A stretch of 64,000 bases of DNA from an uncultured cyanobacterium (GTDB lineage Bacteria; Cyanobacteriota; Cyanobacteriia; Cyanobacteriales; CAWUOF01). The notes under the pieces were generated by a model. That model did not search any database and was not told the DNA's origin. It saw nothing but the letters and a program-made list of their open reading frames with translations. This document shows positions 31,198 to 41,990 of this stretch, piece after piece; within the stretch, counting starts at the first letter, position 1; the number at the start of each line of letters is the position of its first letter. Where the stretch lies: contig CAVUSO010000001.1 in assembly GCA_963744145.1 (NCBI GenBank), positions 672,001 through 736,000 on the forward strand, read 5' to 3'. The position numbers and the translations under genes were made by a program.

Positions 31198-34100
31198 CTA
31201 TCTATGATGAATAGGTATCTCGATCGCTATCTCCGTGCCCTTTCCAATGGTTGAATTACAGGTTAATTGACCGTCATGTTTTTTGATAATAGCATAGCTG
31301 ACTGATAAACCTAACCCTGTGCCACTTCCCACAGCTTTAGTGGTAAAGAATGGATCAAATATACGGGATTGAATCTCTGGAGGAATACCCATCCCATTAT
31401 CCGCGATCGCAATTCTGACTCGGTCTTTTCCGATTACCTCAGTCTGAATCCGAATTAACGGATCTTTACCAGGTTGACTAATTTCTTCGATCGCATCAAT
31501 CCCATTACTGATAATATTTAGAAATACTTGATTTAACTGACTAGCATAACAAGTGACATTCGGCAAGTCTCCATACTCTTTAATAACTTGGATTGCTGGT
31601 CGTCCACCATCGCGGTTTAAGCGGTTTTGTAAAATTAGTAAAGTGCTATCAATCCCGGAATGTAAATCTACCTCTTTCATCTCCGATTCATCTAAGCGGG
31701 AAAAATTTCGCAAACTCAGGATAATTTGGCTAATGCGATCGCTTCCTGCTTTCATTGATTGAAGAATATTAGTTGCATCTGACCAGATAAATTCGAGTTC
31801 AATTTCTTGGATTTTGGCTTGAATTACTGGATTGGTTTCTGGATATTCCTGCTGATAAAGCTCTAGTAAACTTAGCAAATTCTTGATATAATTTTCCGTA
31901 TGTTTAATATTCCCACTAATAAACGTCACTGGATTGTTAATTTCATGAGCTATCCCCGCTACCAATTGACCCAAAGATGACATCTTCTCACTCTGAATTA
32001 ATTGTGCTTGAGTTTGTTGTAAATTAATCAAAGTTTGCTCTAAATCAAAAGCTTTTTGGTTTAAAGCTTCAGTTTTTCTAGCTACTTCGGATTCTAGAGT
32101 TTGAGAATAACTCTCAATTTGTTTATACAGACGAGCATTTTGAATAGATATGGCGGCTTGAGCTGCAAGCAATTGAAGAATATTTACCCGTTCGCTGGTA
32201 AATGCTCCCACGGTTAAGTTATTTTCTAAGTACAAAATCCCCATTACTTTGCCTCGTTTACTAATCGGAATACCTAACGCTGATTTAGGTTGATAAGTAA
32301 TCACATAGCGATCGTGAGCAAATTGCGGTGTGGTACTTAAGTTATCAAACACAGCCGTTTCTTGAGTCCGAGCCACAGTATAAATCAAACTATGGGGAAT
32401 TTCCTGGTATTGTTCGAGGGAAATTTCTAAGATATTCGTGTGCTTTTTGGCAGTTTGAGCAACCACAAACCATTGTTCATCTTGACGCAGAACTAAACAA
32501 CCGATTTGTGCCCCAGCATGAGCGATCGCAATATTCATCAAGGTTGCTAATAGTTGATCTAATTCAATTTCTTGTGAGATCGCTTGTGCTGCTCTCATCA
32601 CTCCGGGAAAGTCTAACCATAAATTATCGGTGCTAGTGGTGCTAATTAAGCCTCTCATTAGGGTTGAGTTGACGGTTACTCCATGAGTAATCATATTGCC
32701 ATCATGTTGAAGAATAGTATTCAGTAATTCTGGATATTTTTGTTCTAAATGAGCAACTTTAGCCTTGGCACCCCAACGAGCATAACAGTAGTACGCTTCT
32801 TGCATATATTTTGTGGCGAATTTTTCTTGACCCACAGCAAGATAGAATTTGGCTGCTAGCTCATTAGCTAAGGCTTCTTCTTGGATATATTGATTTTTTT
32901 TCGCGATGGCGATCGCGCGATTATAATGATCGATCGCTTCATGGTTTTTTCCTAATACTCGATACTTTTCAGCTCTGAGCAAATCAACCTTATGTTGGTG
33001 ATTCATTGGTGCATAGTGCGCCCAATATTGCTGGAGCTGTAATTCATTTTGTGCTACTCGCTCTAATATTTCTACGGCTGGATCTAAATCAAGATTTAAC
33101 TGTGCCAGAGCAATTAAAGAATCGTAGAAATAAAACGCAGGTTCACCAACAGTTCCGGCACCAGCCCTTAAATATTTTCTACATTCAATCCTGTAGAGTT
33201 TAGCTAGCTCAATTTCCTCAAACCAGAAGCAAAGGGTCAGTTTATGCAAATAGAAGAAATACAGCCCATATAAGTCCTTACCAGCTAGTAACCCATGTAG
33301 AAATTCTGTCTCTTGAAAACAGTTTTCTCCTGACAAAACACAGGGATTTTCTCCAAAACCCAGCAAATTTAAAATAGTTTGCCAACATATTCGGCAGTAA
33401 TTGCTTGTTGTTAACAGGTTCAATTTAACCAATTGATTGCAGTATGCTTTAGCATCTTGCTCCAAGAATACCAGGTCTTGACTAGACCAAAAAGAATTGA
33501 TACAAAAGATTTGTGCTGCATATCCCGCATAGCCCAGGTTGCCAACTTCTAGACTGGTTATGTAAGCATCTTGTAAGACAGATAAAGTTTCTTTAATATG
33601 TAATTTACGATGTAAAATAAACATTCCTAGCACATGTAATATTTGCGACTTGATCGTTTTATTTTCTAGTTTTGAGTTAACTCGGAGTGCTAACTGTCCA
33701 AATTGTGTTCCTCGATCGATATCTTGTAAGGTATTGCACAACATCATGCCATAGGAAACATAGCTATAAGCTGTCATAGATGTGTTTCCATACTGAATAG
33801 ATAGATTGACGGACAAAGAAGTTAACAAGGGATATAAATATGATCCAGTCACTAGAGCAGAGGGCACCATACTATTAGCAACCTGAACGATCACCAATTT
33901 GGTTTGATCTGTCATTATTGGTAGATCTACAAATTCTGCAATCTGTCTGTCTCCAATTAGTCTCCTGATTTCCTCCGTTACCTGCTCAAGGGATGTACTT
34001 GATTCAGTTAATATTATTCCCAGCTGTTCGAGAAACTGTTGACCGATCGCGAGTGCTTCGACTAGCTGATTGCGAGCAGCATTAGCTTGAATTCTCAATC

Positions 34101-36630
34101 GATAAATATTGACTTGTTCAAGTAAAGAGTGTGTCTGATGAGTGACAGTTTTAATCAACTCTTCCATTTGCTGAAAATCGCCGCACAAATAAGCCACCTC
34201 AGCTGCTGCTTCATGGAAAGCTAAGGTCATTTCATATTGCTGTTGCCAAGCATTTTCTCCCAACAGCGACAATCCCACTAAAGCATATTCACGCGCTGCT
34301 TGATAAGCTGTTGCTGTTCTAGCTTTACGACAAGCTATAAGATTGAGTTCGACTAATTCATTTCGCTCAGTTTGTTTGGTAATTAAAGAAATTCCATAGT
34401 TTAATTGGTTGACTAGTTCAAAAATACGTTCTTCTCTTTCTTCTGAAGAAATTTGTTGTAATAGGAGTTGTCCAATCTGGTAATGAGTATGCTGTTTTTG
34501 CTCATCAGGAATCAAAGAATAACTTGCTTGTTGAACACGGTCGTGCAAAAATCGATAAGTGGGATTAACTGAGTCTGGGAAAGCTTCTTCACTCTCTGTT
34601 TGGGTAAAAAACTTATAGATTTTGGTAGTGGGAATTACTAAATTTTCCTGTAATGCTTTCCATAAAAGTCTAGCCGTAATTACCGCAGATTTCTCACTGA
34701 CAATTACCAAGGTATTCAAATCAAATTCGGCTCCAATACAAGCCGCTAATTTGAGGATATTCTGAGTTTCTGTCGGCAATTTCTGCAATTGCAAAGCCAT
34801 GAACTCCATAACATTATCGGTAATTGCTAGGGCTTTAACTTGAGCAATGTCACATTGCCAATGTCTACTTTTCCCATCAAAGGTAATTAGCTGATCCTGA
34901 TGTAATGCTTTGAGAAACTGGGTCGCAAAGAAGGGATTCCCATTAGTTTTTTGATAGATTAATTTGGTCAAAGGTTCTGCTAGGGATAAGGTACAATTCA
35001 GGGTATCTGCTACTAACCAATTTACATCTGATTCGCTTAATGATGGCAAAGTAATTGAATTGACTGTTACTCCATTTTTGCTGATCTCATCCACTGTCAA
35101 AATAAATGGATGTACGCTGGAAACTTCATTATCTCGATAGGCTCCTAATATTAATAAATATCTTTTATCTTGAACTAATAATTTTAGCAAATTTAGCGAA
35201 GCTGAATCCGCCCATTGCAAATCATCCAAAAAAATTACTAAGGGATGTTTAGCATTAATAAACACTTGCACAAACTTTTGCATGAGTAAATTAAAGCGAT
35301 TTTGGGCAGCACTTCCTGATAGTTCCGGTGCTTTTGGCTGTTTACCAATGATGTTTTCTAGTTCAGGAATTACGTCAATTAAAACTTGTCCGTTGTCTCC
35401 TAATGCTACTAAAATCTCAGTTTTCCATATTTGGAGTTGGAGATTTGATTCGGACAGCAATTGTCTCATTAAGTCGCGGAAAGCTTGCACAAATGCACTG
35501 AAGGGAAGGTTACGTTGAAATTGATCATATTTACCTTTAATAAAATAACCTCGTTGTCGCACAATCGGTTTATGCACTTCATTCACAACTGCGGTTTTCC
35601 CAATTCCTGAAAAACCTGCTACTAGCATAATTTCGGTGCTACCTGTGCAGACTCTTTCAAAGGCTGCTAATAGTTGGGTAACTTCTGTTTCCCTACCGTA
35701 GAGTTTTTCTGGAATGGTAAAGCGATCGCTAATATCTCGCTTACCAATTTCAAAATATTCGATCTTACCTGTTGCTACTAATTGTGCTAAACAAATTTCT
35801 AAATCCTGCTTTAATCCCAAGGCACTTTGATAGCGATCTTCCGCATTTTTTGCCATTAGTTTGCTGACAATTTCCGACAAGACTAAGGGAATTTTTGAAT
35901 TAATTTGATGGATAGGAGTCGCTTGTTTGGCTAGATGACAATGCACTAATTCCATTGCATCTTCTGAATCAAATGGTAATACTCCTATCAACAATTCATA
36001 AAATGTGATCCCAAGTGAATAAAAATCACTTCGATAGTCAATCCCTCGATTCATTCTCCCGGTTTGTTCTGGAGAGATATAAGTTAATGTTCCTTCTAAA
36101 ACTTTGGGATTCTCAATTTCTTGAGTTTCTCGTGGCAGCAGGGAAGCAATACTGAAGTCAATTAGTTTGACTTTTTTACTAGCTGGGTTAATTAATATAT
36201 TAGCAGGTTTAATGTCTTTATGAATGATTCTATTTTGGTAAAGATAGTTGAGAATATCTGCGAGTTGAATGGCAATATTAAAAAATTCTATTAATGGTAA
36301 CGATGTATGTTTTTGGTTCTGCTCTATCCCGATCTTTAGATAATCAGACAGCGAAATTCCCTGAAAATCTTCCATCACTAAGATATAGCTATTGCGATAT
36401 GGCTCTAAAGTCAGGGTTTTGATAATGTGAGTGAAGCTAATGTTTTTAGCAATGGTATATTGGTTACAAAACTGGACTATTTCGTTAAAAGTAGGATATT
36501 CATTTCGCAATAATTTAATTACTACAGGTGCTTGATCACTTTCCCTTAGTCCTCGATATACTATAGTGCGAGTACCTAGATAAAGTTGCTCGGTAATCTG
36601 GTAACCTAATATACTTAAAATTGTATTCAT
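31198..36630 (-). CDS. Ser/Thr kinase - AAA ATPase - GAF - histidine kinase hybrid
   Basis: HKDIKPAN, SPEQTGR, GFSGIGKT, DDLQWAD, LYLENN, AHEINNP, GTGLGL motifs; 1810 aa. Confidence 0.95.
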   Translation of the reverse strand: MNTILSILGYQITEQLYLGTRTIVYRGLRESDQAPVVIKLLRNEYPTFNEIVQFCNQYTIAKNISFTHIIKTLTLEPYRNSYILVMEDFQGISLSDYLKIGIEQNQKHTSLPLIEFFNIAIQLADILNYLYQNRIIHKDIKPANILINPASKKVKLIDFSIASLLPRETQEIENPKVLEGTLTYISPEQTGRMNRGIDYRSDFYSLGITFYELLIGVLPFDSEDAMELVHCHLAKQATPIHQINSKIPLVLSEIVSKLMAKNAEDRYQSALGLKQDLEICLAQLVATGKIEYFEIGKRDISDRFTIPEKLYGRETEVTQLLAAFERVCTGSTEIMLVAGFSGIGKTAVVNEVHKPIVRQRGYFIKGKYDQFQRNLPFSAFVQAFRDLMRQLLSESNLQLQIWKTEILVALGDNGQVLIDVIPELENIIGKQPKAPELSGSAAQNRFNLLMQKFVQVFINAKHPLVIFLDDLQWADSASLNLLKLLVQDKRYLLILGAYRDNEVSSVHPFILTVDEISKNGVTVNSITLPSLSESDVNWLVADTLNCTLSLAEPLTKLIYQKTNGNPFFATQFLKALHQDQLITFDGKSRHWQCDIAQVKALAITDNVMEFMALQLQKLPTETQNILKLAACIGAEFDLNTLVIVSEKSAVITARLLWKALQENLVIPTTKIYKFFTQTESEEAFPDSVNPTYRFLHDRVQQASYSLIPDEQKQHTHYQIGQLLLQQISSEEREERIFELVNQLNYGISLITKQTERNELVELNLIACRKARTATAYQAAREYALVGLSLLGENAWQQQYEMTLAFHEAAAEVAYLCGDFQQMEELIKTVTHQTHSLLEQVNIYRLRIQANAARNQLVEALAIGQQFLEQLGIILTESSTSLEQVTEEIRRLIGDRQIAEFVDLPIMTDQTKLVIVQVANSMVPSALVTGSYLYPLLTSLSVNLSIQYGNTSMTAYSYVSYGMMLCNTLQDIDRGTQFGQLALRVNSKLENKTIKSQILHVLGMFILHRKLHIKETLSVLQDAYITSLEVGNLGYAGYAAQIFCINSFWSSQDLVFLEQDAKAYCNQLVKLNLLTTSNYCRICWQTILNLLGFGENPCVLSGENCFQETEFLHGLLAGKDLYGLYFFYLHKLTLCFWFEEIELAKLYRIECRKYLRAGAGTVGEPAFYFYDSLIALAQLNLDLDPAVEILERVAQNELQLQQYWAHYAPMNHQHKVDLLRAEKYRVLGKNHEAIDHYNRAIAIAKKNQYIQEEALANELAAKFYLAVGQEKFATKYMQEAYYCYARWGAKAKVAHLEQKYPELLNTILQHDGNMITHGVTVNSTLMRGLISTTSTDNLWLDFPGVMRAAQAISQEIELDQLLATLMNIAIAHAGAQIGCLVLRQDEQWFVVAQTAKKHTNILEISLEQYQEIPHSLIYTVARTQETAVFDNLSTTPQFAHDRYVITYQPKSALGIPISKRGKVMGILYLENNLTVGAFTSERVNILQLLAAQAAISIQNARLYKQIESYSQTLESEVARKTEALNQKAFDLEQTLINLQQTQAQLIQSEKMSSLGQLVAGIAHEINNPVTFISGNIKHTENYIKNLLSLLELYQQEYPETNPVIQAKIQEIELEFIWSDATNILQSMKAGSDRISQIILSLRNFSRLDESEMKEVDLHSGIDSTLLILQNRLNRDGGRPAIQVIKEYGDLPNVTCYASQLNQVFLNIISNGIDAIEEISQPGKDPLIRIQTEVIGKDRVRIAIADNGMGIPPEIQSRIFDPFFTTKAVGSGTGLGLSVSYAIIKKHDGQLTCNSTIGKGTEIAIEIPIHHR

Positions 36631-36896
36631 AATCTAGTTATTGTGACAATTTGACTAATTAGCAAGTTTAACCTTAGAAAAAATATGTGAATAATTTGTG
36701 AATTTAAAGAAAAATTTATAACCTGAACTTTCCCCTATATAAGTGAGTATAGTTAACCTAAATGAAACGTGAAACAAATTGTATCCGTATTTATAGGAGC
36801 GAAGCAGGTTGAATCCCTGTCCAGTCGTTCCACCGGAATGTCTCTACGCTTGGATTGGGATATATTTAATCTATTAACTCAGGATCAACTATCAAA

Positions 36897-36966
36897 AATA
36901 TGTCAACTATTAGACAAACGCATGATTACTGTAGGATAGCGATCGCCCACTACTATTTCTGGTGGT
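36897..36966 (+). repeat. Direct repeat B, copy 2
   Basis: 62/70 identical to 30289-30358. Confidence 0.88.
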
Positions 36967-37127
36967 GTCAATGAATAGACACCCCTACACAACCTAGTTA
37001 GATTGCTGATATGCTTGGGCCAATCTTTCCGAACTGCCTTGATTTCATATATACTGTTAATCGCAATTAATCTAGATCCTATAGTCAACCTATTGTCATC
37101 GAATCGGGAACCAGAGAAAAAGTTTAA

Positions 37128-38174
37128 ATGACACAATCGATCTCCAACTCACTAGAATCATTCCGAGTCTTAGCACTCCAGATTACCTGCTATGCAGTTA
37201 ATCAAGCTCGCGATCGCCAAGAAGCTCGCATAATTATGCAAGAAGCGATCGCTAGATTATCTCAACAAATCGCTGCTAGTATTGCGTTTATTGGTTCTGA
37301 CTGTAAATTAATAGTCTTACCAGAATATTTTCTCACTGGTTTTCCCATGAGAGAATCTCTAGCTGGTTGGGGAGAAAAAGCTGGGTTAGAAATGGATGGT
37401 CCTGAATATGAAGCTCTTGGTAAAATATCCCAGCAACAGCAAATATTTTTAGCTGGAAATGCTTACGAAACTGATCCAAATTTTCCGGGGTTATATTTCC
37501 AAACTTGCTTTGTCATTGATCCAAGTGGTTCAATTATTTTGCGCTATCGACGATTAAATTCTCTCTTTGCACCAACACCCGGTGATGTCTGGGATAAATA
37601 TCTTGAATGCTATGGATTGGAGGGAGTTTTTCCCGTAGCTAAAACTGCGATCGGTAATTTAGCTGCGATCGCATCTGAAGAAATTTTATATCCAGAAGTA
37701 GCCAGATGTTTAGCGATGCGAGGAGCAGAAATTTTTCTCCATTCTACCTCAGAAGTCTATGGGAAAGAGCGATTGCCTAAAGAAGCTGCCAAAATTTCTC
37801 GTGCTGTCGAAAATATGGCATATATTGTATCAGCGAATACAGCAGGAATCGCTAATATTCCGATACCAATAGCTTCGGCTGATGGTGGTTCTAAAATTAT
37901 TGACTATCGCGGTTTAGTTTTGGCTGAAACTGCTACTGGAGAAAGTATGGCAGCATTTGCAGAAATTGATCTATTAGCTTTAAGAAGATATCGTCGTCGT
38001 CCGGGATTAAATAATCTTCTCGCTCGACAACGGTTTGAATTATATGCAGAAAGTTATCGTCAGTTTCAATTTTATCCACCTAATAGTATGAGTAAGGGTG
38101 ATGTAGATCGAAAACACTTTCTCCAAACTCAGCAAGAAACTATTGAACGTTTATCTAAACTGGGGATAATTTAA
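37128..38174 (+). CDS. Nitrilase-superfamily carbon-nitrogen hydrolase
   Basis: LPEYF, YRR, IASEEILYPE, RAVEN motifs. Confidence 0.88.
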   Translation: MTQSISNSLESFRVLALQITCYAVNQARDRQEARIIMQEAIARLSQQIAASIAFIGSDCKLIVLPEYFLTGFPMRESLAGWGEKAGLEMDGPEYEALGKISQQQQIFLAGNAYETDPNFPGLYFQTCFVIDPSGSIILRYRRLNSLFAPTPGDVWDKYLECYGLEGVFPVAKTAIGNLAAIASEEILYPEVARCLAMRGAEIFLHSTSEVYGKERLPKEAAKISRAVENMAYIVSANTAGIANIPIPIASADGGSKIIDYRGLVLAETATGESMAAFAEIDLLALRRYRRRPGLNNLLARQRFELYAESYRQFQFYPPNSMSKGDVDRKHFLQTQQETIERLSKLGII

Positions 38175-38177
38175 AAT

Positions 38178-39596
38178 ATGACGGCAAAAATTGATGTTCG
38201 CAATCCGAGAACTGGAAAAATTGATTATGAGATTACCCCACCAAATCAAAAGGAATTAGCGGAACAATGCGATCGCTTACGTCAAAATCAAATTAATTGG
38301 CACCACCAAGGATTAGTAGGACGTATTCAAGTCATCCAAGCTTGGAGACAAATTTTATTAGATCATCAAGAAGAGCTGATTAAAGCTTTAGTAACTGACA
38401 CGGGTAGACTGTCCGTATCAATTCTGGAAGTTGAATCATTTATTGCTAGTTTAGAACGGTGGTGTCGGTTAGCACCAGAATTATTAAAAGAAGAATCAAA
38501 AATAACCACAGTGCCATTTATTAAACTCCAAAGTAAAACTGTTCCTTATAGTTTAGTAGGGATAATCAGTCCTTGGAATTTTCCTCTATTGCTGTCTACT
38601 ATTGATACTATACCAGCTTTATTAGCGGGATGTGCTGTCATAGTAAAACCCAGTGAGATTACTCCCCGTTTTATCCAACCACTCCGTCAAACTATTGCGG
38701 CAATTCCGGAATTAGCAAATATATTAACTTATGTAGAAGGTGCGGGAGATACAGGTGCAGATTTAATTGAATATGTTGATTTAGTATGTTTTACGGGTAG
38801 TGTGACAACTGGAAAAAAAGTAGCAGCAGCAGCAGCTAAACGTTTGATTCCAGCTTGTTTAGAATTAGGAGGTAAAGATCCAGCAATAGTATTAGCATCA
38901 GCAGATTTAGAATTAGCAACCTCAGCCATATTGTGGGGGTCGGTTGTTAATACTGGTCAATCCTGTCTTTCGATCGAGCGGATTTATGTAGCTGAGTCTA
39001 TTTTTGAAAATTTTATCACAGAATTGGTCAAAAAAGCACAGAAATTAAAATTAGCTTATCCGACTCTTGAAAGTGGGGAAATTGGTCCGATAATTGCCGA
39101 AAGTCAAGCCCAGATTATTGCTGACCATTTGGATGATGCAGTTGCAAAAAAAGCAGTTATTAGATGTGGAGGTAAAATTAAACAATTAGACGGAGGATTA
39201 TGGTGTGAACCGACGGTACTGACCGAAGTAAATCATACCATGAAAGTGATGCAATCGGAAACTTTTGGACCATTGATGCCGGTGATGAGATTTGGTAATG
39301 TGGAAGAAGCAATTAATTTAGCCAATGACTCTATCTATGGACTCAGTGCTGCTGTTTTTGCTGGTACGGAAACAGAAGCGATCGCAGTAGGAGAAAAAAT
39401 AGATGTAGGTGCCATTAGCATTAATGATGCAGCATTAACAGCGATTATCCATGAAGGAGAAAAAAATGCCTTTAAATTTTCTGGGATAGGAGGTTCGCGG
39501 ATGGGAGGAGCAGCTTTAAAAAGATTTATGCGAAAAAAAGCTTTTTTAATTAAAACTGAGTCTATTTCTGATCCCTGGTGGTTTATAATCAAATAA
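38178..39596 (+). CDS. Aldehyde dehydrogenase
   Basis: PWNFP, KPSE, FTGS, LELGGKD, GQSC, ETFGP motifs. Confidence 0.95.
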   Translation: MTAKIDVRNPRTGKIDYEITPPNQKELAEQCDRLRQNQINWHHQGLVGRIQVIQAWRQILLDHQEELIKALVTDTGRLSVSILEVESFIASLERWCRLAPELLKEESKITTVPFIKLQSKTVPYSLVGIISPWNFPLLLSTIDTIPALLAGCAVIVKPSEITPRFIQPLRQTIAAIPELANILTYVEGAGDTGADLIEYVDLVCFTGSVTTGKKVAAAAAKRLIPACLELGGKDPAIVLASADLELATSAILWGSVVNTGQSCLSIERIYVAESIFENFITELVKKAQKLKLAYPTLESGEIGPIIAESQAQIIADHLDDAVAKKAVIRCGGKIKQLDGGLWCEPTVLTEVNHTMKVMQSETFGPLMPVMRFGNVEEAINLANDSIYGLSAAVFAGTETEAIAVGEKIDVGAISINDAALTAIIHEGEKNAFKFSGIGGSRMGGAALKRFMRKKAFLIKTESISDPWWFIIK

Positions 39597-39612
39597 ATTA
39601 AGGAGATACACC

Positions 39613-40062
39613 ATGTCTATTCGTACTGAAATGCCCTTACTTGCCCGACATGAAGGAGATTGGTTAGGTACATATATTCTGATCGATATCAGAGGTAACA
39701 TCATCGATCAACATAAATCTCATTTAACTTGTCAATTTCCGGAAGATGGTTCCCATGACTATTATCAGATTAATCGCTATATCTGGGATGATGATAAAAA
39801 AGAAGAAATTCATTTTCCCGGCACTTACAAAGATCAAAAACTTTGGTTTGATATGGAACGCATAAAAGGATATGCTTGGGAAATAGACCCCATGACCATT
39901 ATTCTGACTTGGACTTATAAAATTATCCCAGATCAATATTTATATGAAATGATTCAGCTTAGTCCCTGTGGTAACTATCGTAGTCGGACTTGGCACTGGT
40001 TTAAAAACAATAAAGTTTATCAGCGCACATTAATTCAAGAAGAACGGATGCAATCACAATAA
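39613..40062 (+). CDS. Small beta-barrel protein, DUF3598-like
   Basis: HEGDWLGTY N-terminus (GxW), RSRTWHWF, RTLIQE; RBS AAGGAG; in operon. Confidence 0.6.
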   Translation: MSIRTEMPLLARHEGDWLGTYILIDIRGNIIDQHKSHLTCQFPEDGSHDYYQINRYIWDDDKKEEIHFPGTYKDQKLWFDMERIKGYAWEIDPMTIILTWTYKIIPDQYLYEMIQLSPCGNYRSRTWHWFKNNKVYQRTLIQEERMQSQ

Positions 40063-40067
40063 ACAAG

Positions 40068-41087
40068 ATGGTAAATTTGGAAAGATTAACAACCTATCGA
40101 AAACTAATTGCTAAACAGTTTAGTCAAGACTTTAAATCAGCGATCGCAATTGTCGAAGTTAATCTAATTAAACCTGCTGCTCATGAAATAGTAATTCAGA
40201 ATAAGTTTGCGGGAATAAATGCTGGTTTTGATACCTTAATTACTCAAGGTAAAGTACCTTATATACAGCTAACTCCACCTTTTGATTTAGGAGTAGAAGC
40301 TGTCGGAGAAATAGTAGCACTTGGAGATCAGGTTACTCATCTTCATATTGGTGATCCGGTAGCTACTACTATTCGTGGTGGAGGTTATCGCGAATATCAA
40401 GTTATTGATGTTAATTTAGTGGTAAAAATTCCTCAAGCAACTCCAGAAGTTTTAACAATTATGCCCACTGGGGTTTCATCTTTAGTTGCGTTAGAACAAG
40501 TAGGAGAGATGAAAAGTCAAGAAATTGTGTTAGTCACAGCTGCTGCTGGAGGAACGGGACATATTGCAGTACAAATAGCGAAATTAGCAGGAAATCATGT
40601 AATAGGGGTCTGTGGTGGGGAAGCAAAATCAGCATTACTTCAACAACTTGGTTGCGATCGGGTGATTAACTATAAAGTTGAAAATTTAGATCAAGTGCTT
40701 CAGCAAGAATATCCCCAAGGAATTAATTTAATATTTGAGTGTGTGGGTAAAAATATCTTTGATATCTGTGTCAATCACTTAGCTCCTCGGGGACGTTTAA
40801 TTGTAATGGGATTTATCTCTGATTATACTGATCAGTTAGAACAAGTATATCAACCAAGGATTTATAGTAAATTATTATGGAAAGCTGCATCAATTCGTGG
40901 TTTTTTGATGCCCATTTATTCCGAATATATCCCAGCAGCTCGCGATCGCTTGTTAAATCTTTTTCATACAGGTAAAATCAAAGTAATCGTTGATCCCACA
41001 GAATTTCGGGGTCTTGAATCTATCCCTGATGCTGTTGAATATCTCCTGAATGGTAAAAATTATGGCAAAGTAGTAGTTAGATTTTAA
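40068..41087 (+). CDS. NADPH-dependent MDR oxidoreductase (prostaglandin reductase-like)
   Basis: GVEAVG, TAAAGGTG, GKVVV motifs. Confidence 0.88.
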   Translation: MVNLERLTTYRKLIAKQFSQDFKSAIAIVEVNLIKPAAHEIVIQNKFAGINAGFDTLITQGKVPYIQLTPPFDLGVEAVGEIVALGDQVTHLHIGDPVATTIRGGGYREYQVIDVNLVVKIPQATPEVLTIMPTGVSSLVALEQVGEMKSQEIVLVTAAAGGTGHIAVQIAKLAGNHVIGVCGGEAKSALLQQLGCDRVINYKVENLDQVLQQEYPQGINLIFECVGKNIFDICVNHLAPRGRLIVMGFISDYTDQLEQVYQPRIYSKLLWKAASIRGFLMPIYSEYIPAARDRLLNLFHTGKIKVIVDPTEFRGLESIPDAVEYLLNGKNYGKVVVRF

Positions 41088-41390
41088 GCAATCATCAATT
41101 TGACAAAATCTAACAATACAATATTTCTCTGATCACCAGGGTAATTGCATCTCAAATACTCTTGACCGATGCTTCTTCGATCATCAACTCACTCTGACAT
41201 CTAGATTAAGTGGAATTTTATAGTTAATTGCTTGTATCACATATATGTATTTTTGTCAATGCTGGGCATCACACATAAATAATACTCTAGTCACAGATTA
41301 ATAAATCTACATACAATAATATTAAGTTACGTACAAATAAAAATTAGTACGTTGAATTTTGATTAATTTAGGTTCAATGGGTGCATTTTT

Positions 41391-41990
41391 ATGGAAAATA
41401 ACGAAAATAGTCCAGGGAAAAATAGCAATTCAAGCATTGTAAAACCTTCAATCCTGAAAATTATCAAATTCTTTACCAAAGTAGGAGCTACAGCTTTTGG
41501 TGGTGGAGTACCTGTACACTTATGCGATAATTTCTTGAGAAACAAATGGTTAAATGAACAAGAGTGTTTAGAGGCACTTAATCTATGTCAAACTTTGCCA
41601 GGTGCTACTAGCGTTAATCTAGCCACATTTATTGGATGGCGTTTTCAAGGTTTGATTGGAGCTTTAGTTTCTCCTTTTGTTTTGTTATTACCAGGGGCTA
41701 TAATTATCCTCATAGTATCAAATATTTTGGCTGTATTACCCCAACAAACTATTATTGAAGGAGCGCTCTCCGCCACAGCAGCGGCCTCAATTGGGATGTG
41801 GTTAGGAACAGCAATTAGATTTGCATTATCACTGAAGCAGAAGCAATTTTCATTAATAATTACCTTAATCACATTTGTGTTTGTAGGGATTTATCGATTA
41901 CCAGTTCCTTTGATTATCTTATCTACAGGACTGATTGTTTTTATTTGGAATAAATTGCAGAAGGTAGAAGTAAATGAACGTACTAATTGA
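41391..41990 (+). CDS. Short-chain chromate transporter, N half
   Basis: AFGGG and QTLPGATS motifs. Confidence 0.85.
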   Translation: MENNENSPGKNSNSSIVKPSILKIIKFFTKVGATAFGGGVPVHLCDNFLRNKWLNEQECLEALNLCQTLPGATSVNLATFIGWRFQGLIGALVSPFVLLLPGAIIILIVSNILAVLPQQTIIEGALSATAAASIGMWLGTAIRFALSLKQKQFSLIITLITFVFVGIYRLPVPLIILSTGLIVFIWNKLQKVEVNERTN

